Notes: generated from the letters alone by a model not told the origin. 64,000 nt of DNA from Candidatus Algichlamydia australiensis (GCA_033977065.1 JAXCHI010000004.1:384001-448000); one strand, 5' to 3'. Shown: positions 48,576 through 58,400, counted from the stretch's first letter. Program-made: numbers and translations.

Positions 48576-48878
48576 TTATGCAGGGAGGGTTTTGTGTGGC
48601 CAAGCGTGGAGCTTAAGCTCATCTGTAAGCTTTTTTTCGCTATCATCGGATGCGATTGGCTCTTCTGCATTACACAGGAATTGCAATGTACACTCTTTTT
48701 CTTCTTCTGCTACTGTAGTTGATGCAATATCATCGGTTGTTTCTGTTGCAGCACTTAAAACTTGCTCCTCATTCACAACTTGCGCTGTCTCTTCTTCTAC
48801 AACTTGTGCAGTCTCTTCCTCAGCATAAGCTGCAGAAATGAGTCCCAAAAATGCAAAAGCAGTCATCCATTTTTTCAT
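48576..48878 (-). CDS. Secreted acidic small protein
   Basis: AGGAG SD, signal peptide ending AYA, EEETAQVV x2. Confidence 0.75.
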   Translation of the reverse strand: MKKWMTAFAFLGLISAAYAEEETAQVVEEETAQVVNEEQVLSAATETTDDIASTTVAEEEKECTLQFLCNAEEPIASDDSEKKLTDELKLHAWPHKTLPA

Positions 48879-48976
48879 ACCTATCTCCTGGTTAATAATG
48901 AAAGAGCTATGGTAGCTTATCGGGAATTTAGTGAAAAGAAATAATGCAGAAATTGATGATAATCAGGTAAAAATAG

Positions 48977-49894
48977 GTGATGGCACTACACCCTATATTA
49001 GCTGAAATTATCGCACAAACCGAAGCTGCTCATCTTCCACCTCTTTCTGATCAATCAATAGAGCAGGTACGAAAAAATTTCGCTCTTCTAACACGTTGGC
49101 AAGGGGATCGCGCTCCTCTTCCAAAGGTAGAGAGCCATGTCATTAAGGGCTCTTCTGGTGATCTGCCGTTGCGAATTTTTTATCCTGAAGTGGATAAGAA
49201 ACTTCCTGTCTGTCTCTATTTTCACGGGGGATCTTATGTCAAAGGAGATTTAGAGACGCACGACCCCATTTGCAGGCATTTAGCAAAAAATTCAGGGGTT
49301 GTGATTGTTGCTCTGCAGTATCGTCTAGCACCTGAATCGACTTTTCCTGCTCCCATTGAAGATGCTCTTACTTTAATCAGCTGGATTGAGCAACAGCAAA
49401 AGCAGCTACAGATCGATCCTTCACAACTTTGCGTTGCTGGAGATAGTGCTGGCGGCAATCTAGCTGCACTACTTACTCATAAGTTGAAAAATCGTTTTAA
49501 ATTACAAGCTCTGATCTATCCGCAGCTCGACTTCTCTTTTAGCCTGGAGTCACATAAGAAATTTGCTAAGGGCTTTTTGCTTGAAGAAGAGTCTTTAGTC
49601 TGGGCGCGAAGCCTTTATGTCCCTAAGGGGATAGATTATCAAGATCCTGAACTCTCGCCACTTTTTGCTAGTGATTTCGGCGGACTACCCCCAACCTTTC
49701 TTTTGACAGCTGAGTATGATCCTCTGCGCGACGAGGGTGAGCTCTACGCGAAGAAATTGATAGAGGCCGGAGTTCCGGTCACCTCTCATCGTTTCGAAAG
49801 CATGACGCACGGTTTTGTCGGTTTAAGTCTACTTTTAGAGCCAGCAGAGCAAGCTTTGCTTGATGTGGCAAAAGCAATCCGCGAGGCAGTGTGA
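48977..49894 (+). CDS. HSL-family esterase/lipase
   Basis: HGGS, GDSAGG, DPLRDEG, HGF. Confidence 0.93.
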   Translation: MMALHPILAEIIAQTEAAHLPPLSDQSIEQVRKNFALLTRWQGDRAPLPKVESHVIKGSSGDLPLRIFYPEVDKKLPVCLYFHGGSYVKGDLETHDPICRHLAKNSGVVIVALQYRLAPESTFPAPIEDALTLISWIEQQQKQLQIDPSQLCVAGDSAGGNLAALLTHKLKNRFKLQALIYPQLDFSFSLESHKKFAKGFLLEEESLVWARSLYVPKGIDYQDPELSPLFASDFGGLPPTFLLTAEYDPLRDEGELYAKKLIEAGVPVTSHRFESMTHGFVGLSLLLEPAEQALLDVAKAIREAV

Positions 49895-50367
49895 AAAAAT
49901 TCCTTTTTCTCTTTCTGGCCCTCCCTCTTTTTTCTGATCATCCCAAACTCTTGATGATGGGAGCTGGGGTCTTTGATGTAGACCGGAAACACCCCTTGTT
50001 CCAATATCAACTAGAATATCGATCTGATTATGAAATTTTCCTTTCAGACCCTCTCTTTATTCGTCCACTTGTAGGATTTATGGGGACAACTAAGGGAGCT
50101 CTTTACCTCTATACAGGTATCGCTTTCGACGTTTTTTTAGGCAAGAGTCTTGTCTTTACTCCTAGCTTTGCTCCAGGCCTCTACTACGACGGGGGAGGGA
50201 AGAGCTTGGGGTTTCCTTTGGAGTACCGCTCTACCGTAGAGCTCGCCTATCGTACTGAAACAGAAGCGCGCATAGGTTTTCAATTCTATCATATTTCAAA
50301 TGGCAGTGTAGGTAGGAAAAACCCTGGTACTGAATCTCTTGTATTTTTTCTTGCTTTTCCTCTTTAA
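49891..50367 (+). CDS. Lipid A 3-O-deacylase PagL-like (acyloxyacyl hydrolase) outer-membrane protein
   Basis: Signal peptide, beta-barrel pattern, HISNG...NPGTE motif. Confidence 0.8.
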   Translation: MKKFLFLFLALPLFSDHPKLLMMGAGVFDVDRKHPLFQYQLEYRSDYEIFLSDPLFIRPLVGFMGTTKGALYLYTGIAFDVFLGKSLVFTPSFAPGLYYDGGGKSLGFPLEYRSTVELAYRTETEARIGFQFYHISNGSVGRKNPGTESLVFFLAFPL

Positions 50368-50408
50368 AATAATAATCGATTCTATTATAAAATTAAGTTG
50401 TAAGAATT

Positions 50409-51392
50409 TTGATTTTTAATAAAATGATTGAGCGAAAATACAAATTAAATCCTTTTCCCCTCTTTCGTGGTTGCCATGAACAGACAATTTTCGGTTCTAT
50501 GCTCAATTTTCACCCTGAACCGAAATCTCGCAGTCTCTATGTCCCTTTTGATGATGGAGATACGATGGTATTGAAAGTATCTACGCCCAAAGGGTGGAAG
50601 CGAGGAGGTCCAATTGTGATGATGGTGCACGGCTTAGCAGGCTCTGATCGCTCTGTCTATCTGATTCGCATGACCCGTAAGCTGATGGCAAGAGGGATTA
50701 AGACTGTTCGAGTGAATCTTCGCGGTTGTGGAAGCGGAAGGGGGCTCTCACGCTACATGTTTCCCCATTTTAGCGATAAAGATCTATGCCGTGCTGCCCA
50801 AGCTGTAAAAGCTAGTTCACCTGACTCTACTTTGCAGCTGGTTGGATTTTCTCTTGGGGGCAACTACGCCTTAAAAGCAGCAGGTAAAAGTTCGCGTAGA
50901 GGCGAAAAACTCTTTGATCAAGTGATCGCTGTAAGTCCCCCAGTCTATGTTGAAACGAGTTCCTCTCTTCTGGGTAGGCCAGAAAATCGCATTTATGAGC
51001 GCTACTTTACCAAACTTTTGCGTGATGAGGCTCTCAGACGCATTAAAAGCATGAAACTAACTGATGCCTCCTACATCCCTGAAAATTTGTCGATACGTCA
51101 ATTTGATGATTTTTTCACCGCGCCACACTTAGGACTTAGCTCTGCTGAGGAGTATTACGCTCGATCGAGCTCAAAGAAATATCTTTGTCACGTCAAAATG
51201 CCCGTTAAAATCCTTTACTCGCTAGATGACCCCATTATTGATGCATCAGCTCTTGATGACCTTACCCTTCCCGATCATGTTGAGATTCACAAGACAAACA
51301 AGGGGGGGCACATGGGATTCTTAGGCACACCTTTTTCGAATCGGGGGTTTCGTTGGATGGATTCGATGCTCCTTGACTGGCTCTCATTGTAA
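50409..51392 (+). CDS. YheT-family alpha/beta hydrolase
   Basis: HEQT, HGLAGS, NLRGCG, GFSLGG, DDPII, GGHMGF. Confidence 0.9.
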   Translation: MIFNKMIERKYKLNPFPLFRGCHEQTIFGSMLNFHPEPKSRSLYVPFDDGDTMVLKVSTPKGWKRGGPIVMMVHGLAGSDRSVYLIRMTRKLMARGIKTVRVNLRGCGSGRGLSRYMFPHFSDKDLCRAAQAVKASSPDSTLQLVGFSLGGNYALKAAGKSSRRGEKLFDQVIAVSPPVYVETSSSLLGRPENRIYERYFTKLLRDEALRRIKSMKLTDASYIPENLSIRQFDDFFTAPHLGLSSAEEYYARSSSKKYLCHVKMPVKILYSLDDPIIDASALDDLTLPDHVEIHKTNKGGHMGFLGTPFSNRGFRWMDSMLLDWLSL

Positions 51393-51440
51393 CAGATTAT
51401 CTTCTGATACAGAGTAATAGTCTCTGTTGAGGAATTTTCT

Positions 51441-52415
51441 TTAACTGGGATGAACCTCGGTAAAATGCAAAAGTGCTAGAGAGGTCAACCTTTGTCTTAC
51501 TGCGGGAATGATGTCATCTGTAAAACTCGTACCACTGCAACTTTCAAAGCAGAACAGCATTAGATTCTTCTTTGTTTGCTCCCAAAAAAGCTCTTTCATA
51601 CGTGCTTGCTCAGGAATCACACAGTCAATCTCATGGTAAAGAATCAATATTTTCACTCCACGTTCAGCCAATTTCTTCATTGGGGTAGCTGCATCTAAAC
51701 TCCCTTTAACCGAAGAATCAGCCCGATCTGCTACCCAGCCTAAGTTTGGCAAGTAAACAAGAGGCGTTATGGTAAAAGAGTCATGATTGACAACCGTAAT
51801 ATTGGCCCATTTATCCGGATGCTTTTCAAGATACTTTTGAGTAGCGCAAGCCGCCACTCCGCCACCTAAAGCAATCCCCCAATTGATTACCTCTTTAAAT
51901 CCAAGATCAAACGCATGAGAAAGAGCTCCCACTCCATCAACAACAATAGACTGATAAGTAGCACTTGTTTTCAAGCTCGTAGAGTCATCCCTGGCCGAAA
52001 CATCATAATTAAGCCCTGACCCAGCATAGTCGTAGAGAAGAACCGGGCACTCAGCAACCTCTGCTACTCGAGCTGCCGTCCAGTGCCCATTGTCATTAAA
52101 TTGTTGTGCAATCGTAAAATCGCATCTGGTGTTGAAAACAACGCATTTTGACTTATTCAATCGATCCCAGCTATCTGGGTAGAGAAGATAACCAGTCAAA
52201 TCACGGGAATTACTAATCTTAATTTTGCATTCTTCAAGCTGACTTCTCCAGTCCTCCTGAACTCGACTCATCAGCAGGCAACTTTCTTTAGCGCTCGATT
52301 CTAATTTGATAGCCTCAGAAGGAGTTAGCATCTCCCAGCTACCAGTAGGGGTAACACCAAGAGAATACCACGTATTTCTCAAAAAATCTCCTATTCCAGT
52401 AGTAGCACTAGCCAT
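51441..52415 (-). CDS. Alpha/beta-fold protein lacking the catalytic Ser
   Basis: YDYAGSG and WGIALGGGVAA in place of GxSLGG. Confidence 0.7.
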   Translation of the reverse strand: MASATTGIGDFLRNTWYSLGVTPTGSWEMLTPSEAIKLESSAKESCLLMSRVQEDWRSQLEECKIKISNSRDLTGYLLYPDSWDRLNKSKCVVFNTRCDFTIAQQFNDNGHWTAARVAEVAECPVLLYDYAGSGLNYDVSARDDSTSLKTSATYQSIVVDGVGALSHAFDLGFKEVINWGIALGGGVAACATQKYLEKHPDKWANITVVNHDSFTITPLVYLPNLGWVADRADSSVKGSLDAATPMKKLAERGVKILILYHEIDCVIPEQARMKELFWEQTKKNLMLFCFESCSGTSFTDDIIPAVRQRLTSLALLHFTEVHPS

Positions 52416-52580
52416 ATCGCACTCCGATTCAATGTTTAGAATATTAATCAACCAAAAGAAAAAAGACAATTGAAAAGCCCAATTTGGAAAGTCATTCTCG
52501 AGTAAGTTTAATAACCCGAAAAACACTTGCAGTTCCCCTCAAAATGATTGATCGATTACGGGGCTTTTTAATTTAGAATA

Positions 52581-52606
52581 CTAGATAGTGTCGTCAAAAG
52601 GCTATA
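52581..52606. repeat. End fragment of the type-E element
   Basis: CTAGATAGTGTCGTCAAAAGGCTATA matches 24601-24626 at 25/26 positions. Confidence 0.8.
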
Positions 52607-53600
52607 GAAATAGTTTTTTTACAATTGGATAGCAGAGGCGCGAAGTGCTGCGATGAATAATTGTATAATGATCGCGAAAATAGCAGCGATTCTCTTTGCG
52701 ATTATGGACCCCTGCTTTCTGCATGTGCGGTTTTGCAAAGAGCAAATTGGTGTGAGCTGTGATAGGTGGAGGGAGTTTGCGCTCTTTTAAGATAGTTGTA
52801 GGTCCAAAAAGACGACCAAATTTTGAGACGAGATCCCCTAGACAAGCAAATGATTGTGAGGCGGGAGGGCTCTGCATTTGCTCATATTTGTGAAGTAGAT
52901 CAGAAGAGACCCCAGGTGAGTGAAAGAGATACGAGGGACTAGTTTTACTAAAATATTCTGCGTCAAGGATAAGGGCGAAACTTGCGAGGGCTCCACCTAA
53001 GCTATATCCCATTGTCCGAGCGGGCTTTTTCTGCTTTTTAAGCCAATTTGTGATCTCTTCGCGCGCTCCGTTGTAAAGATCGTGACCAGGACCTTTCGGA
53101 TCAAGATCAGCAACAATTGAAGCGCGACCGCTACGGATAAAAGGGGAAAATTGTGTTCCACGAAAGAGGAGAATAGGAGCTTCAGTTTCGCTTAAAAGCC
53201 CAAAGGCTGGAATATGTTGCCAGAGATCAAAGACTCGATCTATACGGTATTGGTGCATCTCTTTTTGAAATGGAACTTCAATCTCTACCCCTTCGTTCAA
53301 GTTGCGGTAAGCAAAAACTTTAGTTAGAATTTCAGCTACAGCGTGGTCGGGGGCATCCTTCATTTTGTGCAAAAGCGACTGAATAGGAGTAATATCGCTT
53401 TTTGACTTTGTTACTTTCCCAATTAACGGCTGTTTTGTAGAGAAGTAGTGGTATTTTTTTGCAAAATCAACAAGATCTTGGGAAGGTTCTGCGATCGGAA
53501 TAAATTTCTCTTTTGGCTCTAGAAAAAAACCTTTTGGTGGCAAAAACAGAGCAAGAAAGTGCTCCCAGAATCGGATAAATACATTGCCAATATAACTCAT
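52602..53600 (-). CDS. Lipase class 3-like protein
   Basis: LLFRGT, GYSLGGALA, GDLVSKFG. Confidence 0.8.
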   Translation of the reverse strand: MSYIGNVFIRFWEHFLALFLPPKGFFLEPKEKFIPIAEPSQDLVDFAKKYHYFSTKQPLIGKVTKSKSDITPIQSLLHKMKDAPDHAVAEILTKVFAYRNLNEGVEIEVPFQKEMHQYRIDRVFDLWQHIPAFGLLSETEAPILLFRGTQFSPFIRSGRASIVADLDPKGPGHDLYNGAREEITNWLKKQKKPARTMGYSLGGALASFALILDAEYFSKTSPSYLFHSPGVSSDLLHKYEQMQSPPASQSFACLGDLVSKFGRLFGPTTILKERKLPPPITAHTNLLFAKPHMQKAGVHNRKENRCYFRDHYTIIHRSTSRLCYPIVKKLFL

Positions 53601-54568
53601 TAGAATACCAAATTTGTAGAGAGTACGTATGAAATAAATTCCATACTATTTTTTGTTGCTCCTGTGAACCAAACTCCTCCAATTACTCCAAACCAATCAT
53701 TAAAATTGTACTCTAAGGCTGGGGCATAGCTCCACTGTACGGATTTTCCACTTCCTAAGCTAGCTGGAATTCCAACCCGGTTGATTTTACCATTTCCATG
53801 CGCTGCTGTTCTTCCCACAATATCGATCCCCCTTCTACCAGAAAAGGTTGTTTTACTAGCATAAATGGCTTGAATATCAAGAGCCCAGACCCAATTTCGC
53901 GTCATTGAGTACTCAAAAGCTAAAATTCCTGAAAAAGTGTTTCCAGGGTGTACTTTTCCATCGGTTCCAAAACCACCGCCGTATGTATTGAAATCATGGA
54001 CAGTAACAGGGGAAGGGATTGTGTAGCGCAAAAAGAGCCTTGGCCTTAGCCACTGAACACCTTTGATATGAAAAAGTTTTTGAAAATTAAAGCTTACGGC
54101 TGTTTCAAAGGAGCCAGATCCTGTAGCGTCAGCCCCCAATTTATTGGGGTTGAGCCTTTCAAATTGTCCGGTTGGAAAAGTCTCTCCTAATGTAATTCGC
54201 AGATCTGGTTCCCACCCATCTAAATTATCTTCCATGGCCTGAAAACCTAAAATTACAGAAAAATCAGAAAGACCAGATCCTATCTGATCTTCTTTGAAGG
54301 TAAAAAAAGCCTGTGTTTCAAATTTTAGATCGATGTGTGAAGTGATGCCGCGAGTGATTTGAACAAACGGATCAATAACCCAAGACTCTTCTGGGCTGTA
54401 ATTATTGGTAACAAATAAATAGGGTTGGTAGTTGGTTTTCCCCGGAGCAACTGTGTGTCCAGCTGGAGCTAAAATGGGGCCAGTAAACCACGGCCTTTCA
54501 AATTCCTGACAGAATAGCCCTGTAGAAAATATTAGAAAAAAAAGAATACCCTTCACAAACAAAATCAT
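53600..54568 (-). CDS. Putative outer-membrane beta-barrel protein (transporter-like)
   Basis: Signal peptide, amphipathic beta pattern, FPTG, C-terminal Phe. Confidence 0.7.
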   Translation of the reverse strand: MILFVKGILFFLIFSTGLFCQEFERPWFTGPILAPAGHTVAPGKTNYQPYLFVTNNYSPEESWVIDPFVQITRGITSHIDLKFETQAFFTFKEDQIGSGLSDFSVILGFQAMEDNLDGWEPDLRITLGETFPTGQFERLNPNKLGADATGSGSFETAVSFNFQKLFHIKGVQWLRPRLFLRYTIPSPVTVHDFNTYGGGFGTDGKVHPGNTFSGILAFEYSMTRNWVWALDIQAIYASKTTFSGRRGIDIVGRTAAHGNGKINRVGIPASLGSGKSVQWSYAPALEYNFNDWFGVIGGVWFTGATKNSMEFISYVLSTNLVF

Positions 54569-54595
54569 AAGAAAAAAAACTCTAAAGTCAATATA

Positions 54596-54985
54596 ATGGT
54601 GCTTATGAAGATTACAGAAGAAGTAGAGAGTCAAGTTAGTCCTCAAAAAGTATGGAGTACATGGCGTGCAAGTAATTATTGGGATCTTGATAAGTCTTCC
54701 TTTACACAAGGACAAAAAGGTCGTGTAGTGAGTGGGAAAAAGCGCGGGCCTGCTTTTGTAGTCTCTGCAATTGAAGAGGGAGAGTCATTTACTCTTTCCT
54801 GGAAAGCTCCGATGGTTAAATTTGATATGCGTCACGAGGTTTTTCCTACTGCGACTGGTTCAAAACTTGTCTATACTATGACACTACGCGGATTGATGGC
54901 TTATCCTATGCGTTTTTTACTCGGAAGGAAGATCAAACGAACTCTTCGAGAAACGCTCCAAGCATTTGTAAAACATGTGGAATAA
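54596..54985 (+). CDS. SRPBCC (polyketide cyclase-like) family protein
   Basis: SPQKVW...W pattern, C-terminal helix LQAFVKHVE. Confidence 0.65.
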   Translation: MVLMKITEEVESQVSPQKVWSTWRASNYWDLDKSSFTQGQKGRVVSGKKRGPAFVVSAIEEGESFTLSWKAPMVKFDMRHEVFPTATGSKLVYTMTLRGLMAYPMRFLLGRKIKRTLRETLQAFVKHVE

Positions 54986-55013
54986 ATCCTAATACTAATC
55001 TAAAATCACTAGT

Positions 55014-55865
55014 ATGAGCAGATATTTAGATCCAACAAATGATGTAGCGTTTAAAAAACTCTTTGGAGCAAAGGAACATGAACCTCTCCTAATTAGCTTT
55101 TTAAATGCAATCCTCGATTTAAAAGAAAAACGCTCAATTAAGCAAATTGAGCTTCTTCCTCAAGAACAAGCGCCTCAAGTAATGGGGGGGAAGACAAGCA
55201 TACTCGACGTTAAGTGTACAGATCAGAGGGGAGTGCAATATGTTGTTGAAATGCAAAATAAAAAAATCCCTGCCTTCATCAAGCGCAGCCAGTATTATGC
55301 TGCGCATACATATGTTTCACAACCACTTAAAGGTGTTAGTCATCTAGAACTTAAGCCCGTGATTTTACTGGCAATCGCAAATCATAATTTGTTTCCAAAT
55401 AAAGATTCCGTAGTGAGTTATCATAAAACTTTGGACATGAAAACTTATGAGAATGATCTAGAGGATATTTCTTATGTTTTTGTGGAGCTTCCAAAGTTCA
55501 AAAGAGAAGAGGGAGAACTCAAAACGGTTCAGGATAAATGGATCTATTTTTTCAAAAATTGGAGTGCAACCAATCACGTTCCTTCTGATGTACAAGAGTC
55601 TGAGATTTTAGAGGCATATAACGCAATGGAGCAGTTCAATTGGACTGCACTTGAAAAAGAGGCCTATTTAAAAGCTAATATAGCGCTAACAGAAGAGTTT
55701 GCTGTGAAGAAAGAGCAGTACGAAAAAGGGCTCAAAGAAGGACGTGAAAAGGGACGCCGGGAAGCGAAGCTGAACATGGCAAAAGACATGCTGACACTTG
55801 GCCTTCTTAAAGAGCAAATTCAAAAAATTACGAATTTGACAAGTGAAGATCTTGCTGATCTATGA
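55014..55865 (+). CDS. Rpn family PD-(D/E)XK nuclease, paralog of 35180-36058
   Basis: Colinear high similarity over about 235 aa, divergent C-terminus. Confidence 0.9.
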   Translation: MSRYLDPTNDVAFKKLFGAKEHEPLLISFLNAILDLKEKRSIKQIELLPQEQAPQVMGGKTSILDVKCTDQRGVQYVVEMQNKKIPAFIKRSQYYAAHTYVSQPLKGVSHLELKPVILLAIANHNLFPNKDSVVSYHKTLDMKTYENDLEDISYVFVELPKFKREEGELKTVQDKWIYFFKNWSATNHVPSDVQESEILEAYNAMEQFNWTALEKEAYLKANIALTEEFAVKKEQYEKGLKEGREKGRREAKLNMAKDMLTLGLLKEQIQKITNLTSEDLADL

Positions 55866-56575
55866 AACTCTTTTTTTGTCTGCTTCTTTTCTCTGCAGGG
55901 CTACTTGCAAACGATATTGTTGTTACTGTTCATGGGTATGCGCGTACTCATAAATCGATGCACAAAATGGGTCGTGCTCTTCAAAAAAATGGTTACAATT
56001 TATACCATTTTGATTACCTCTCACGGAGCCAATCAATAGAGGAGAGTACAGAAGATTTCGTTACATTCTTGAGAGAGATATCAAAACAGCATCCCGATTC
56101 GCAAATCAACTTTGTTACCCATTCACTTGGAGGGATTCTTCTACGAGCTGCTGTAAACGATCCGAACTGTCCCAAAATAGCAAAGCAAGGCAGTGCCATT
56201 CTACTAGGGCCTCCAAACAGGGGAAGCCGGCTTGCGAAACGTATAGCATTGATTTTAAAATTAATGGGAAGGGGAGCAGGGAATGATCTCGCTAAAAATC
56301 GTGATTTTTCCTACTTAGGTGACTTTCCTGAGTCGATGAAAGTGACTATTATAGCGGGAACTTTTGGTTGCAATCCCTTGATTCCATTTCCAAATGATGG
56401 CAAAGTAGCTCTTAGTGAAACGCTTTTAGATACACCACATAAATTTTTTGAAGTAAGCGCTTGTCATAGCATGATGATGAGCAATTCTAAAGTGATTACG
56501 ACTATATTGGAGGAATTAAATGCGCAAAATTATTCTAGGAACACTGCTATTCTGGGGAACCCTTCAAGCGGGTGA
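55862..56575 (+). CDS. Secreted alpha/beta hydrolase (lipase-like)
   Basis: Signal peptide, VHGY, THSLGG, GPPNRGS, NDGKV. Confidence 0.88.
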   Translation: MKLFFCLLLFSAGLLANDIVVTVHGYARTHKSMHKMGRALQKNGYNLYHFDYLSRSQSIEESTEDFVTFLREISKQHPDSQINFVTHSLGGILLRAAVNDPNCPKIAKQGSAILLGPPNRGSRLAKRIALILKLMGRGAGNDLAKNRDFSYLGDFPESMKVTIIAGTFGCNPLIPFPNDGKVALSETLLDTPHKFFEVSACHSMMMSNSKVITTILEELNAQNYSRNTAILGNPSSG

Positions 56576-56930
56576 ATACTGGGGCTACCACCTTATTTTA
56601 GATTGCAAAGCTTGTGATATTGAAGCGATCACAGATCGTGAAACAATCACTTCTTTTGTAAAGACACTTGTCGAAGAGATTGATATGAAAGCGTATGGTG
56701 AGCCGCAACTAGAGCATTTTGCGACTCACGATCCTGACGCTGCTGGCTACTCTCTTGTCCAACTTATTGAAACAAGTGCCATTACCGGGCACTTTGTTGA
56801 TAAAAACGGGGATGCGTATATTGATATTTTTTCTTGCAAGCCCTTTGATCAAGCCCATGCAAAAAAAATTGTGGAGCGATTCCTCACCCCACAAAATATC
56901 AAGTCGCAGTTTTTAAAACGTCAGGCCTAA
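56520..56930 (+). CDS. S-adenosylmethionine decarboxylase (SpeD/SpeH) family pyruvoyl enzyme with an N-terminal signal-like peptide
   Basis: GYHLILD, GYSLVQLIETSAITGH, YIDIFSCKPF; GGAGG SD. Confidence 0.85.
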   Translation: MRKIILGTLLFWGTLQAGEYWGYHLILDCKACDIEAITDRETITSFVKTLVEEIDMKAYGEPQLEHFATHDPDAAGYSLVQLIETSAITGHFVDKNGDAYIDIFSCKPFDQAHAKKIVERFLTPQNIKSQFLKRQA

Positions 56931-58340
56931 CTCATCTAGACGATCCAAAATTCCCGAATCTTTGGCGTATTGAACCATCTCTTCGCTAGCAATTCCTAGG
57001 TTCATCATGCGTACAGAAAAGAGCTCTTGCTCTATAGCATTAGGATAGCGTTGAATTCCGCCTGTCTTCTCAATCGCTAAAGGAAGAGGGGATACAGAAC
57101 ACTCTGGGCGCGGATGTACAAAATAGACAATGGAGTAGCGGTCTTTATTTTCCCCTTTTTCAACAACGCGGTGCACAGCGCTTCTGTAATGACCATTGGT
57201 CAAATTTTGCAGCATGTCCCCACAATTTACAATATAAGAGCCGCTTGGAACGATTACATCAATCCATTTACCGTTCTTCTCTTGAACTTGTAAACCCGCA
57301 CCTTTTGAGCTGGGTAAAATCGTAAAAAGATCGATATCAGTGTGCTCTCCTGCCCAAATTCCTCCTTCGGGAGTCCCTTTTGGGTAGTAATTAAGCCTTA
57401 AGATTATATTCGCATCTTGAATTTTTTCTAGAAGGAGATCGGGAGAGATCTCCAAAGATTCAGAAATCATGGTTGTAATCAGTTTTGCCTGGTGACCTAA
57501 ATTATCGTAGAGGGGATCAAAGCGCTCTTTGAATGAAGGGTCTAGAGGCCAAATGTTTTCGATTTCAAACTTATCTGGACCGATATGGTAAAACTCCTTA
57601 AAATCTTTCTCTTTACGTCTTCTAGTACTCTGTAACAGAAAATTTTAGTATTATTTTTACGTCAAAGCCTTCGCATAAAAATGGATCCCAAACGTGAAAA
57701 GTAAAGCGATTGTATGTGATTGAAAAAGCTGTCTAGACCTTGCAAAGTTTTCTGCAAAACAAAAAAAACAGCCGCGCAAGCGACGTGAAAGGGGCCCCTC
57801 CCGAAACAAAGTGGAGGGTGGGGAATGAACGCGCGATGCGCTCGATGGCTTCAGATTGGCTTTGAAAAATTGCGGTGCAGGAGGAAGAAGTAGTGCTTTG
57901 CACGGTTTTCCGACGAAACGCAATTTGGCATGCCAAGGTGAAGCTCAAAGGGCAGCGGGGATTTGCCCGACTGTCTCTATTGGCTGTTTTTTTAAATTAA
58001 ACACTAAGATTTTCTGTTACAGAGTACTAGCTGTTTCACTTGGAACAAACCCTCGACGACCACTTAACTGGGGATCGTAAAGCGATAACTTTTCTGCCAT
58101 GGGAAGAGAAAAAAGGTCAAAGCTTGCGCGATATCCTTTATCCAAAATTTCCTTTTCTATATCTGTGTTGATAAGAGCAAAAAAACCAATCTCATGAAAA
58201 GCTTCCGATAGCTGTTCTAAAAAGAGTTCGCGATTTTCATAGTAGTCGTTCATATCGAGCACAGGTATTGTGCTCTCAAATGCAAATATACTTGTTGCTA
58301 AACCAAATATTACCAATATTTTTCTCATTCTCTCCTCCAT
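56913..58340 (-). pseudogene. 2OG-Fe(II) oxygenase (isopenicillin N synthase family) split by a type-B element
   Basis: DIOX_N-like 5' half (IPVLDM...IGFF) and 3' half with HTD, AVHRV, RYS; they join in frame once the element is removed. Confidence 0.93.
57626..58026. mobile_element. MITE-like element type B, copy 2 (401 bp)
   Basis: TIR TACTCTGTAACAGAAAAT; CTAG at 57622-57625 and 58027-58030; reverse complement of 5866-6268. Confidence 0.95.
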
Positions 58341-58400
58341 TTAGAGTTTTTGAGAGTATAGTGAATTGCACGAATATAGATAAATACGTAATTTAAATTT

